64,000 nt of DNA from Caldilineaceae bacterium (GTDB lineage: Bacteria; Chloroflexota; Anaerolineae; Caldilineales; Caldilineaceae), in contig CAXXLO010000002.1 of the NCBI GenBank assembly GCA_963664085.2, positions 3,680,290 to 3,744,289 of the forward strand, read 5' to 3'. Shown here piece by piece: positions 26,628-35,520 of this stretch (the first letter of the stretch is position 1; each line of letters begins with the position of its first letter). Under the pieces are notes generated by a model. That model searched no databases, had not been told where the DNA came from, and saw nothing but the letters and a program-made list of their open reading frames with translations. A program made the translations under genes and the position numbers.

Positions 26628-27534
26628 TCACGTCACCTTTTTGCCTTCAGATAGCTCCTCAAGTTTACTCCTATACTCTCTGAGCCTGTCGAGTAGCTCC
26701 GGGAGGCGTTCTTGCGGGTCTTGGTCGCAGCGGACCAATTCGCCGCTCTCGTTTCTGACTTTCAGTTGGAGCGGGACTTTGGTAAAGGGCTGGCCGGTCA
26801 GGGGGTCTACGGGTGTTTCGGGGCCGTGCGCCAGAGCGGTGAGCATGTCTTGGACATCGAGTTCGTGCATATTCAATATGTGGATGTTGTGGGAAGAGTC
26901 GAGAGCGCCGTGCGCGCCAGGGTTATGGTGGGCTATCAGACTTTCCACGTCAGTCAGCATCTTTTGCGTGAGGTAGAGGTCGTAGAAGCCGAAGCGGAGG
27001 CGGCCCCTGTCGTTGAGGACGACATCGGGTGGATCGTCCGGGTTGTCGGATGCTTTGAATTCGGCGTAGCCCTGTTCGACGAGGGCTTCACTGGAGAAGC
27101 GGTCGAGGCGGGCGTTGATGTCGGCGGCAGCTTCGAGGACGTCGAGGTCGGGGTGCGCGCTGGCGATGTCGGCGGCGGCGGCCTGAATTTCTTCGGCGCG
27201 GATGAGCTCCATTTCCTCGTCGGCGCGGCGGCGGATGTTGATCAGGGTTTGTGCGCTGCGGCTGATGGCGTTGCAGATGGCGGGCGTGGGCTCCTGTTGG
27301 GCCAACTGGTCCATGCTGTCCTGCACGATGTCGAGGGCATGTTTGAGCTGTTCGGGCATGCGGTTGTCGCGGCGGACGGCGGTGGCGGAGTTTTTGCCGC
27401 CGCGGGAACGCCATTCGCGGGGCCTGTTCGGGCGGGGCGCCGTGCGCGAGGCAGAGGCCGCCGTACTGTTCGAGGCCGTTGGCCTGGCAGGGCTGGCCGT
27501 CTTTTCTGATTCCTGTGCAGCGCATTGCGGACAT
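26628..27534 (-). CDS. Hypothetical protein with a Cys-rich N-terminus; the reading frame is apparently disrupted (frameshift or sequencing error)
   Basis: ATG 27534 has a strong SD (AAGGAG 9 nt upstream) and encodes MSAMRCTGIRKDGQPCQANGLEQYGGLCLAHG. The long ORF 26628..27359 is in another frame, has no SD, and stays open back to 27534. Confidence 0.5.
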
Positions 27535-28223
27535 AGTCAGTTACTCCTTGGCATGTGCAGGCCGGCGGTTGTGTGTGCGGCCGGCCGGTGAGATGGTAGT
27601 TGGGGCCGGGCCGCCGCTTCGGTTGCAGAGAACGCGGAAAGGCCCGGACCAGTGATAGAACGAAACTATCACGAGACCAGACCTCGTGGACTGCAGGGGG
27701 TGCGTTTGGGCGCAGGCCACTGCATCAGCATCGGAATCAGGCAAAGAGTAACACAGATGTTCCGTGGGCGCAATTCGTGAAGGGCACTCGTTTCCCGCCG
27801 GACTGATCCCACCTCAAATCGGGGAAGCAGGCCACACAGCAAAAGGGTTGCCTTTCCTGGCCGCATCCGATAGAATTACTCGCACCTAGGGATTGCGGCG
27901 CCGGAGGCCGGCTCTCGATGGCTTCCGCGTAGAAACAGCGATGCCCCGAATGCTTCCACAGCCTTGCCAAGCCAGACGAAGGCTCTCTTTCCTGTTGTCA
28001 AACAGACAAATCTCGGTTGCCGTCCTTTTCGACAGGACCACCTATGTCTGTTCACCCATGCCGAACGCTTTCGTTCCATGTGCGAAGCCTCCGTCAGAGA
28101 CCCTGCGAAGTCTTGACCAAGCGTAACCAGCAGCCAGAGGAGGAACTATGACCTGAACGGAGAAGAGACCATTCTCAAACGATCAGCAGTTTCATACAAT
28201 CTGCATCGCAAAGGAGAGGTAAA

Positions 28224-29693
28224 ATGGCCAGAGTCACTTCCGAGGAAAGCACAGTCGTTCAGGACGGCGTCAGCCGCCGCAGTTTCCTGAGGAGCACAGC
28301 CGCAGTCGCCGGGCTCGCCCTCGCCACCAGCGCGTGCGTAGCTGCCGGCCCCGAAAGCGCCGGCGACATGGCAGCGCCCTCAGCAGAACCCGTAGACATC
28401 CAGATCTGGTGGCGGATCAACCCCACCACAGAGGGCGTCATCCAGGTCTTCCAGGAGCAGCATCCCGACATCACGATTTCGCTCGGCGACCTCGGTGAGG
28501 CGGTCTACGGCACTCCCAAATACGTGACCGCGGTCGCCGCGGGCAAGGGACCGGACGTCTCCTACCAGAATCGCCATACTTTCCGCCAGTTCGCCTCCCG
28601 CAACCTCTACCGTCCCATCGAAGACCTCCTGGAGAGGGACAACCTCGACAAGGGCAACTTCATGGCCGGGCCCATCGCCGACCTCACCTGGCAAGGCACG
28701 CTCTATGGGCTGCCCCACACCGCGGGGACGCGCTACTTCTTCTGGAATCGCAGCCACTTTGAAGAGGCCGGCCTCGATCCCGACGTTGGTCCCGAAACGT
28801 GGGACGACATCATGGAGATGGCTCCGCAACTGAATAAGGTCGAGGGGGACAAGATCGTCCGTTACGGCTTCCTCCCCCACTTCCCGCCCGGTCTTTCGGA
28901 CCAGCTGCTCATCTACGCCATGGAGAACGGCGGCGTCAGCCAGTCTGAGGATGGGCGAACGAACCTCATCAACACAGCGCCATGGGTCGAGGCCCTTGAG
29001 TGGTGCGTGAATATAATCGACGAGTTCGGCGGCGGCAACGCTGCGGCCTCCTCCTTCATGGAGGGCTTCGCCGGCCAGCCGGTCGATCCCTTTGCCCAGG
29101 GCCAGGTCTCCATGTGCTCCTACGGCAACTGGATGATCGGCCGCTACGCCAAGTTCCCCGACCTCGACTACGACGGCACAGGCCTCATGCCGGTCTCGGC
29201 CGCGAATGAAGGCGCGCAGGTCAACTGGTCCTGCGGCTGGACCTTCGTCATCGACCCCAATACCGAGCTCGTCGAACAGGGTTGGGAATTCCTGAAGTGG
29301 GTGATCAGCGAGAAATACGTGCGCGCCGCTGGGACCGTCGGCCTCGAGCTCGAAAAGGCCGAATGGGCGCGTCAGCAGCTGCCCGGCGAACCGATCTTCG
29401 CGCCAACGCCGCCCGTCTACCAGCCAGCCATGCAGTTCATGCTGGACGAGTACTACTCCGTCCTGCCCGAACGCCAGAAGATTATGATGCAGAGATACCT
29501 CGACTCTGAGACCTTCTCCGTTGGCTGCGGCCAGATCGCCGGCCTCGCCGCCGCCGAACTCTGGATCGGTTTCAAGAACGCCTGGGAGTCCGCCCTCACC
29601 AAGAAGCAGACACCGCAAGAGGCGCTGGACGCCTCCCATGCCGACGTACAGAAGGCGCTCGACGCCGCCTGGGAGAATCTCGAATCCTCCTAG
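28224..29693 (+). CDS. ABC transporter substrate-binding lipoprotein (sugar type, family 1)
   Basis: 489 aa with a Tat/lipoprotein signal RRSFLRSTAAVAGLALATSAC and AAGGAGAGG before the ATG. Two permease genes follow. Confidence 0.85.
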   Translation: MARVTSEESTVVQDGVSRRSFLRSTAAVAGLALATSACVAAGPESAGDMAAPSAEPVDIQIWWRINPTTEGVIQVFQEQHPDITISLGDLGEAVYGTPKYVTAVAAGKGPDVSYQNRHTFRQFASRNLYRPIEDLLERDNLDKGNFMAGPIADLTWQGTLYGLPHTAGTRYFFWNRSHFEEAGLDPDVGPETWDDIMEMAPQLNKVEGDKIVRYGFLPHFPPGLSDQLLIYAMENGGVSQSEDGRTNLINTAPWVEALEWCVNIIDEFGGGNAAASSFMEGFAGQPVDPFAQGQVSMCSYGNWMIGRYAKFPDLDYDGTGLMPVSAANEGAQVNWSCGWTFVIDPNTELVEQGWEFLKWVISEKYVRAAGTVGLELEKAEWARQQLPGEPIFAPTPPVYQPAMQFMLDEYYSVLPERQKIMMQRYLDSETFSVGCGQIAGLAAAELWIGFKNAWESALTKKQTPQEALDASHADVQKALDAAWENLESS

Positions 29694-29708
29694 GCCCGGT
29701 AAAGAACT

Positions 29709-29746
29709 GTCAGAACCGGACGGCATCCCGCCGTTCCGGTTCTGAC
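29709..29746 (+). other. Intercistronic hairpin between the binding-protein and permease genes
   Basis: GTCAGAACCGGACGG pairs with CCGTTCCGGTTCTGAC (15 bp, one bulge). There is no U-tract, so it is more likely an mRNA-stability or attenuation element than a full terminator. Confidence 0.45.
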
Positions 29747-29783
29747 CCCTCCCCTGTCCGCACAGCAAATCGGGACGGCCGCC

Positions 29784-30698
29784 ATGACCACCGCCCAACC
29801 CAAACCCCGGCTCACCAACGCCGCCAGAGAGGCTCTGACCTGCTATCTGTTTCTCCTCCCCTGGGGGATCGGCTTCCTGGCTTTCGTGATTGGCCCGGTC
29901 GTCGCCTCCTTCGTGTTGGGCTTCATGGACTATGAGATCGTAACACCGGCCCGCTGGGTCGGGCTGGCCAACTACATCGAGCTCTTTACGGACGACGACC
30001 GCTTTCTGATGTCGATGGGCAACACGCTCTACTATGTCCTCGTCTTCGTGCCGCTCCACGTCGTTGTCGCGACACTCCTGGCCCTCTTGCTCAACCAGAG
30101 GGCGCGCGGGATCGCAGTGTACCGCACTCTCTTCTATGTGCCGTCGATCGTGCCCATCGTCGCCGGCGCCATCCTCTGGGTCTGGATTCTGCAGCCCGAG
30201 TGGGGTCTGATCAACTCGACCCTGGCGTTGGTCAATATAGACGGACCACTGTGGCTGGCGTCGCTCACGTGGTCGAAACCGGCCCTCATCCTGATGGCGC
30301 TGTGGGGCTCCGGCGCCGCCATGATCATTGTCCTCGCCGGCCTCCAGGGTGTGCCCCAACATCTCTATGAGGCCGCGGAGATCGACGGCGCCAACCGCTG
30401 GCAGCGTTTCCAGCACGTGACGATACCGATGCTAAGTCCCACGCTCTTCTTCATTCTCGTTCTCAGCGTCATCGCGTCCTTCCAGGTCTTCACGACCGCC
30501 TACGTAATGACCGGCGGCGGGCCGGCCGAGTCGACGCTTTTCTACATGCTCTATCTGTACCGCAGGGCCTTCGTCCTCCTGGACATGGGATACGCGGCCA
30601 GCATGGCGTGGATCCTGTTCGTGGCCGTTCTCGCGCTTACACTGGTGCAGTTCAAGCTGGCAAGCCGTTGGGTCTACTACGAAGCGGAGCAAAGTTAA
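29784..30698 (+). CDS. Sugar ABC transporter permease (MalF/UgpA-like)
   Basis: 304 aa, multi-TM, with the EAA loop YEAAEIDGANRWQRFQHVTIPML. Confidence 0.9.
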   Translation: MTTAQPKPRLTNAAREALTCYLFLLPWGIGFLAFVIGPVVASFVLGFMDYEIVTPARWVGLANYIELFTDDDRFLMSMGNTLYYVLVFVPLHVVVATLLALLLNQRARGIAVYRTLFYVPSIVPIVAGAILWVWILQPEWGLINSTLALVNIDGPLWLASLTWSKPALILMALWGSGAAMIIVLAGLQGVPQHLYEAAEIDGANRWQRFQHVTIPMLSPTLFFILVLSVIASFQVFTTAYVMTGGGPAESTLFYMLYLYRRAFVLLDMGYAASMAWILFVAVLALTLVQFKLASRWVYYEAEQS

Positions 30699-30702
30699 CG
30701 CC

Positions 30703-31596
30703 ATGTTACGCGACGAGGCCATCGGACCCCAACCCAGCCGCGAAGTCCATCCCAGCGCAAAAGGGCAACCCTTTCGCCGCCTGCTTGAACTCATCGGCAC
30801 ACAGCTGCTTCTGGTATTCGGCGCAGTTATTTTCGCGCTTCCCTTTGTCTGGATGGTCAGCACTTCGCTCAAGGCGGACCGCCAGATCTTCGCATTCCCG
30901 CCGATCTGGGTGCCCGATCCCTTCATCTGGGGCAACTTTCCGGCCGTCTTCATCTATGCCCCGATGCACCTCTATTTCTTCAACACGCTGCTGATCGCGC
31001 TGGCCCACGTCTTCGGCGCGGTATTTACCTGCTCGCTCGCCGCATACGCCTTCTCGCGGCTGCGCGCGCCGGGCCGCGACGTCATCTTCATGGTCATGGT
31101 CAGCCAGATGATGATCCCTTACATCGTGATGCTGGTGCCGCTCTATCTCCTCTTTGCGGAACTGGAGTGGATCGACACGTTCTATCCTCTGACCATTCCC
31201 GCAATGCTCGGCACACCGTTCTACATTTTCATGCTCCGACAGTTCTTTCTCACCATCCCAATGGAGCTTGAGGAGGCGGCCATTATCGACGGCGCCAGCC
31301 GACTGCGCATCTGGTGGACCATCATTCTGCCGCTCGCCAAGCCGGCCCTGGCAACCGTCGCCATCTTCAGCTTCATGTTCGCCTGGAACGACTTCACCGG
31401 CCCGTTGATCTTTTTGAACACGCGCGAAAAGTTTACGCTCTCGCTCGGCCTCCAGGCGTTTATGTTCGAGCGCCGCACGATGTGGGGTCCGCTGATGGCG
31501 GCGTCGACGATGATGATCGTGCCGATTCTTGTGGTGTTCTTTCTGGCGCAGAAGCATTTTATACAGGGGATCGCGTTGACGGGGATCAAGGCGTAG
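30703..31596 (+). CDS. Carbohydrate ABC transporter permease (MalG/UgpE-like)
   Basis: 297 aa with the EAA loop LEEAAIIDGASRLRIWWTIILPLAKP. Confidence 0.9.
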   Translation: MLRDEAIGPQPSREVHPSAKGQPFRRLLELIGTQLLLVFGAVIFALPFVWMVSTSLKADRQIFAFPPIWVPDPFIWGNFPAVFIYAPMHLYFFNTLLIALAHVFGAVFTCSLAAYAFSRLRAPGRDVIFMVMVSQMMIPYIVMLVPLYLLFAELEWIDTFYPLTIPAMLGTPFYIFMLRQFFLTIPMELEEAAIIDGASRLRIWWTIILPLAKPALATVAIFSFMFAWNDFTGPLIFLNTREKFTLSLGLQAFMFERRTMWGPLMAASTMMIVPILVVFFLAQKHFIQGIALTGIKA

Positions 31597-31626
31597 GTCA
31601 TTGGTCCTTGCTGTGGAGGTTAAGCC

Positions 31627-32952
31627 GTGAATATCACCCAATTCACAATCGAGGAAGTCCGCTGTTTCGCCGAACGCCAGACCTTTGAAATTCGGCCTCT
31701 GACCTTCCTTGTCGGCGAAAACAGCACCGGCAAGACGACAGCGCTGGGCTGCTTCCAAGTATTGGCAAATTTCGTCGACAAGGGCGAAGTCGACTTTAAC
31801 GCTCACTCTTACTCTATGGGAACATTTAGGGACATTGTTAGGAGGAGCAGGAAGCCCGAAAAGAGATTCATCCTTGGCTTCTCGATTGAAGTTGACGGTG
31901 AGAACGTCGATCTCTCGGCCGAGTTCATCGAAAAGGCGAATGGAATCGAACCTACCGTAGGGGCAACTTCCATCAGTTTCGTCGACGGTGAGATCTTCTT
32001 TGAAATCAGACAGACTGCGCAAAGGGAAAGGGAATCGACTTTGAGAAAGGGAAAGGCCCGAAGCTATAGTGTCATTTATGGGTCGTTCCCTTCTACGGGG
32101 GTATTCCAACCTTTCTTCAATCTGAGTAGTCTGGCCAGAGTGGGCCAAGCTGAGGAATTTGACGACGAAATGCCGCTGGCGAAATTCTTAGGAGAGAAGT
32201 ATGACAACAACAAGAGTCTTTATCGGCTAGGAGTCAGCGGCAACTTGAACGCGCTGAGTACAGCTCCAATCCGATCCAGGCCAAGACGTACTTACGATCC
32301 CACCAGGGATGTCCTAGATCCAGAGGGTAGCAATATTCCAACTTTTCTTATGGGCTTAGTTGTCTCAAACACTAAGGAATGGGAGAAACTGAGTCAGCAA
32401 CTCTCTGCATTCGGCAAAAGTTCAGGACTTTTTAGCAGAATTAGTGTCAAGAACCTTGGAAGTTCCAAAATCGGACCTTTTCAATTGAGGGTCAAAGTGA
32501 GAGGCCCAACAGTAAGTTTTTCCGATGTTGGATACGGTGTAAGCCAAATTTTTCCCATTCTGGTCAACATTTTGGACGAGACCCTAATGCAAGGCCGTTC
32601 GGACGTTAATGCAATGCCAGTTTATCACCTGATGCAACAGCCTGAAGTCCACTTGCACCCAAGGGCGCAAGCGGAGTTTTCGTCTCTGCTGGTTCGGCTG
32701 GCAAACCTAGGAAGTCAAACGTTCCTAGTGGAGACGCACAGCGACTACATGGTAGACCGCGCACGCATCGAAATCATGAAGGGCAATATCAGCAAGGATG
32801 ATGTTTCACTGATTTACTTGGAGCCAAAGCGAAACACCGTCAAAGTACACAACATCTCTTTCGACGAAAAGGGGAACATGATCGGCGTGCCGCCCCATTT
32901 CAGAGAGTTCTTCCTGCTCGAATCAGATCGGCTGATGGGCTTTGCGGACTGA
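31627..32952 (+). CDS. ABC-type (AAA_15/AAA_21, DUF3696-like) ATPase, defence-associated
   Basis: 441 aa; the GTG start follows GGAGG. It has Walker A GENSTGKT, signature-like SDVGYGVSQIFPIL, Walker B/D-loop YHLMQQPEVHLHP and H-loop LVETHSDY. GC is low relative to flanks, by eye. Confidence 0.75.
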   Translation: MNITQFTIEEVRCFAERQTFEIRPLTFLVGENSTGKTTALGCFQVLANFVDKGEVDFNAHSYSMGTFRDIVRRSRKPEKRFILGFSIEVDGENVDLSAEFIEKANGIEPTVGATSISFVDGEIFFEIRQTAQRERESTLRKGKARSYSVIYGSFPSTGVFQPFFNLSSLARVGQAEEFDDEMPLAKFLGEKYDNNKSLYRLGVSGNLNALSTAPIRSRPRRTYDPTRDVLDPEGSNIPTFLMGLVVSNTKEWEKLSQQLSAFGKSSGLFSRISVKNLGSSKIGPFQLRVKVRGPTVSFSDVGYGVSQIFPILVNILDETLMQGRSDVNAMPVYHLMQQPEVHLHPRAQAEFSSLLVRLANLGSQTFLVETHSDYMVDRARIEIMKGNISKDDVSLIYLEPKRNTVKVHNISFDEKGNMIGVPPHFREFFLLESDRLMGFAD

Positions 32953-32955
32953 TAC

Positions 32956-33417
32956 ATGTGCATTATTCTGGACGCAAACTGTCTCGGCGATTTTCGAAAC
33001 AGATCCAATCAAGATATGCAGCCGGTTCGCACATGGTTGGACGAGAGAAACGGGAAAGTCGCATTCTCGGACACTGAAACGTTTCGAAGCGAGTGGAAGA
33101 GGGCCGGCCTGGACTACAGGGCGCTGAACCGCGCCGGTCAACTCAAGTTGATACCGGGAGAGGAAGTCCTGGCCCAACAAGAGAATCTGACTGGCGAACT
33201 TGAATCAGACGATCCCCATGTAATTGCGTTGGCCCTTGTCGCAGAGATTAAGGTTCTGGTCGTCCAACGTCAACCCGATGAACCGCTCACAGGAGGAAGA
33301 CGGAGGGCAAGGGGAGGGGACCCCGCATTGCAGAGGGATTTCAAGAGATTGGCTCGCGGCAAGGTCTATGTGACATCAGGCCATAAGCATCTTCTGACCA
33401 AAGATACCTGCCCCTGA
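32956..33417 (+). CDS. Small PIN-like domain protein (putative nuclease partner of the ATPase)
   Basis: 153 aa. It starts 3 nt after the ATPase stop. MCIILDANCL (first acidic residue) and ESDDPHVIALALVAEIKVLVV look like PIN strands; the assignment is tentative. Confidence 0.45.
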   Translation: MCIILDANCLGDFRNRSNQDMQPVRTWLDERNGKVAFSDTETFRSEWKRAGLDYRALNRAGQLKLIPGEEVLAQQENLTGELESDDPHVIALALVAEIKVLVVQRQPDEPLTGGRRRARGGDPALQRDFKRLARGKVYVTSGHKHLLTKDTCP

Positions 33418-34659
33418 TCTTTTCGCGCAGGGAACATGGCTACCGTCACACCCGCAACACAAGGATACAGCGCAACATGGCGCGCAGAAAGAGGAAGACC
33501 CGCAAGGAAATCACAAACTACGCTCACACCGATGAGCAGCGCGTCAACAACCCGCCCGTCGGCCTAGTTACGCCGGACACCGACAAGGACGCGGGCAAAA
33601 AGAGCTACGCCTACGATCCCCATCTCGACCCGCAACTCGTATGGGCCGGGAAGGCCGAGCGCACATCCTTTGAACTGCCGACCGTATCACTGCACGTCCA
33701 CGAACGCATTGACCCGCGTACGATCGTCGAGGTCGTCCGCAGGCAAAATGGTGGCGCCGACGACCCGCAACTCTCGCTCTTCTCGCTGCCCGAGGAGAAC
33801 CCGCCCCTGCGCCAGGCCATCGAGTTCTACCAGCACAGCCACAACTGGACCAACCGCCTGCTCGCTGGCGACAGCCTGCTGGTGATGAACAGCCTGATCG
33901 AAAAGGAGGGCATGGCCGGCAAGGTGCAGATGGTCTATATCGACCCGCCCTACGGCATCAAGTACGGCTCCAACTTCCAGCCCTTCATCAATATGCGCGA
34001 AGTAACCGACGGCAAGGACGCTGACCTGACCGCCGAGCCGGAGCAGATCCGCGCCTTCCGCGATACCTGGGAACTGGGCATCCATTCATATCTGCGTTAC
34101 TTGCGAGATCGCCTCCTGTTGGCGCGCGAACTGTTGACCGAGTCCGGCAGCGTGTTCGTGCAGATTGGGGATGAGAACGTGCATCTGGTGTCGTTGTTGC
34201 TGGATGAAATTTATGGTCGCGAAAATCGCATCGCAACGATTTCGTTTGCTACAACCAGCGGCAGTTCAGCCAAGCTTCTTCCCGAAGTGTCAGATTATCT
34301 CCTGTGGTATGCCAAGGATGCGAAAGGAGCAAAGTATCGCCAGCTTTTTGAGACGTTGAGCCGCAGGGAACTGATTGAATATATGTCTTCTTACGCGAAA
34401 GTTGAACTACCAGACGGTTCAACGCGTAAGCTCACCACAGAAGAGCGATTCGGCCCCGACAGGCATCTACCGCAAGGTGCCAGGTTGTACATGAGTATCG
34501 GACTTAATTCCCAAGGCGCATCGACCACCGGCCGATCTGAACCTTACATCTATCAGGGCACGGTATGGGAATGTGGGCATCGAAGGCAGTGGTCGATATC
34601 AAAGGAGGGTCTGGACCGGCTCGCAGAACTTGGGCGTCTTGACGCTGCCGACAGCCTTA

Positions 34660-35520
34660 GAAGCTGTTTGAAAAGGGTCAATTGGGAGCCAGCCGGCGTA
34701 CCATGAGACGAATCATAGCGATATGGATAAAGGCGACACTGCTTTCGGGCAGTCGTTCATAGTCTTTGCCAAGGCGACGATTGAGGCCGAGCCAAGCGAA
34801 GGTGCGTTCCACAACCCAACGACGGGGCAATACGGAGAATCCTTTTTGCTCTTGCGGGCGGAGGACAGGTTGAAGGCGGAAGCGAAAGCGCTGCGCAACC
34901 CATCTCTGCAACGAGCCGCGATAGGCGCCGTCAACCCAGATGAGACGCAGTTTCTGGCCGAAACCGCAGCCTCGTCTGAGCAGTTGCCGTGCCCCATCGC
35001 GGTCAGGCAGGTCAGCAGCGCTGACCAGGACGGCCAATACGAGTCCCATCGTATCGACGAGAAGATGCCGTTTTCGTCCTGTGATGCGTTTGCCCCCATC
35101 GTAGCCTCGCACACCTGTCGGTGTATGGCCGGTCTTGACTGTCTGACTATCGATACTGCCAGCCGTTGGATGCTTGTGTCGCCCGACTCGTTGACGGACC
35201 CGCACTCTGAGCATGTCGTGCAACCGTCGCCACGTGCCATCGTCTCGCCATTTCCTGAAGTAGGTGTAGACGCTCTGCCACGGCGGAAAGTCGCTCGGCA
35301 GCATCCGCCACTGAATGCCACCCACAGTCAGGTAGAGAATGGCATCAACGACCAGACGCATATCCAGGCTGCGGGGGCGTCCGCCCGGTTTGGCTGCAGG
35401 AATCAGATGCTGGATAATAAACCACTGGCTGTCAGTCAAATCTGTTGGGTATCGTTTTGTTTTCACAAAAACTACGTATACCACAATTTGGCCGACAGCC
35501 TTTACTTTTCAAACAACCTC
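34660..35520 (-). mobile_element. IS5-family insertion sequence (IS427/IS1031-like), 861 bp, apparently intact
   Basis: The terminal IRs are GAAGCTGTTTGAAAAG and (reverse complement) GAGGTTGTTTGAAAAG. A 3-bp TTA duplication lies at 34657..34659 and 35521..35523. It holds a single transposase ORF. Confidence 0.9.
34678..35484 (-). CDS. IS5 family DDE transposase
   Basis: 268 aa with KRYPTDLTDSQW, SIDSQTVKT, HLLVDTMGL, WVDGAYRG and VVERTFAWLGLNRRLGKDYE. The true start may be the GTG at 35466. Confidence 0.9.
   Translation of the reverse strand: MVYVVFVKTKRYPTDLTDSQWFIIQHLIPAAKPGGRPRSLDMRLVVDAILYLTVGGIQWRMLPSDFPPWQSVYTYFRKWRDDGTWRRLHDMLRVRVRQRVGRHKHPTAGSIDSQTVKTGHTPTGVRGYDGGKRITGRKRHLLVDTMGLVLAVLVSAADLPDRDGARQLLRRGCGFGQKLRLIWVDGAYRGSLQRWVAQRFRFRLQPVLRPQEQKGFSVLPRRWVVERTFAWLGLNRRLGKDYERLPESSVAFIHIAMIRLMVRRLAPN

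Noticed and set aside
26402-26976. Gly/Trp-rich ORFs (26402..26683, 26412..26654 and 26431..26976) over the G-rich tract.
   Set aside because: They are a direct consequence of translating poly-G DNA in three frames. They have no start context and no protein-like sequence.
27088-27534. The 148-aa ORF taken at face value as a complete gene.
   Set aside because: Only the first ~35 residues look protein-like. The remainder is Arg/Pro/His-rich and overlaps the better 243-aa ORF, so I treat it as the N-terminal part of a frame-disrupted gene.
27535-28223. Possible structured RNA or tRNA remnant in the 690-bp intergenic region. Hairpins include GTGATAG-N7-CTATCAC at about 27652..27672 and GGCCGGGCC...GGCCCGGACC at about 27603..27650.
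   Set aside because: There is no tRNA cloverleaf or T-loop (GTTCGAATC-type) motif and I see no match to any riboswitch I know. The hairpins alone are insufficient for a call.
28380-30416. 678-aa and 480-aa antisense ORFs (28380..30416 and 30706..32148) across the ABC transporter genes.
   Set aside because: The opposite strand has a textbook SBP signal peptide and EAA-loop permeases. The antisense products are low-complexity (runs of D/E/R/G/H).
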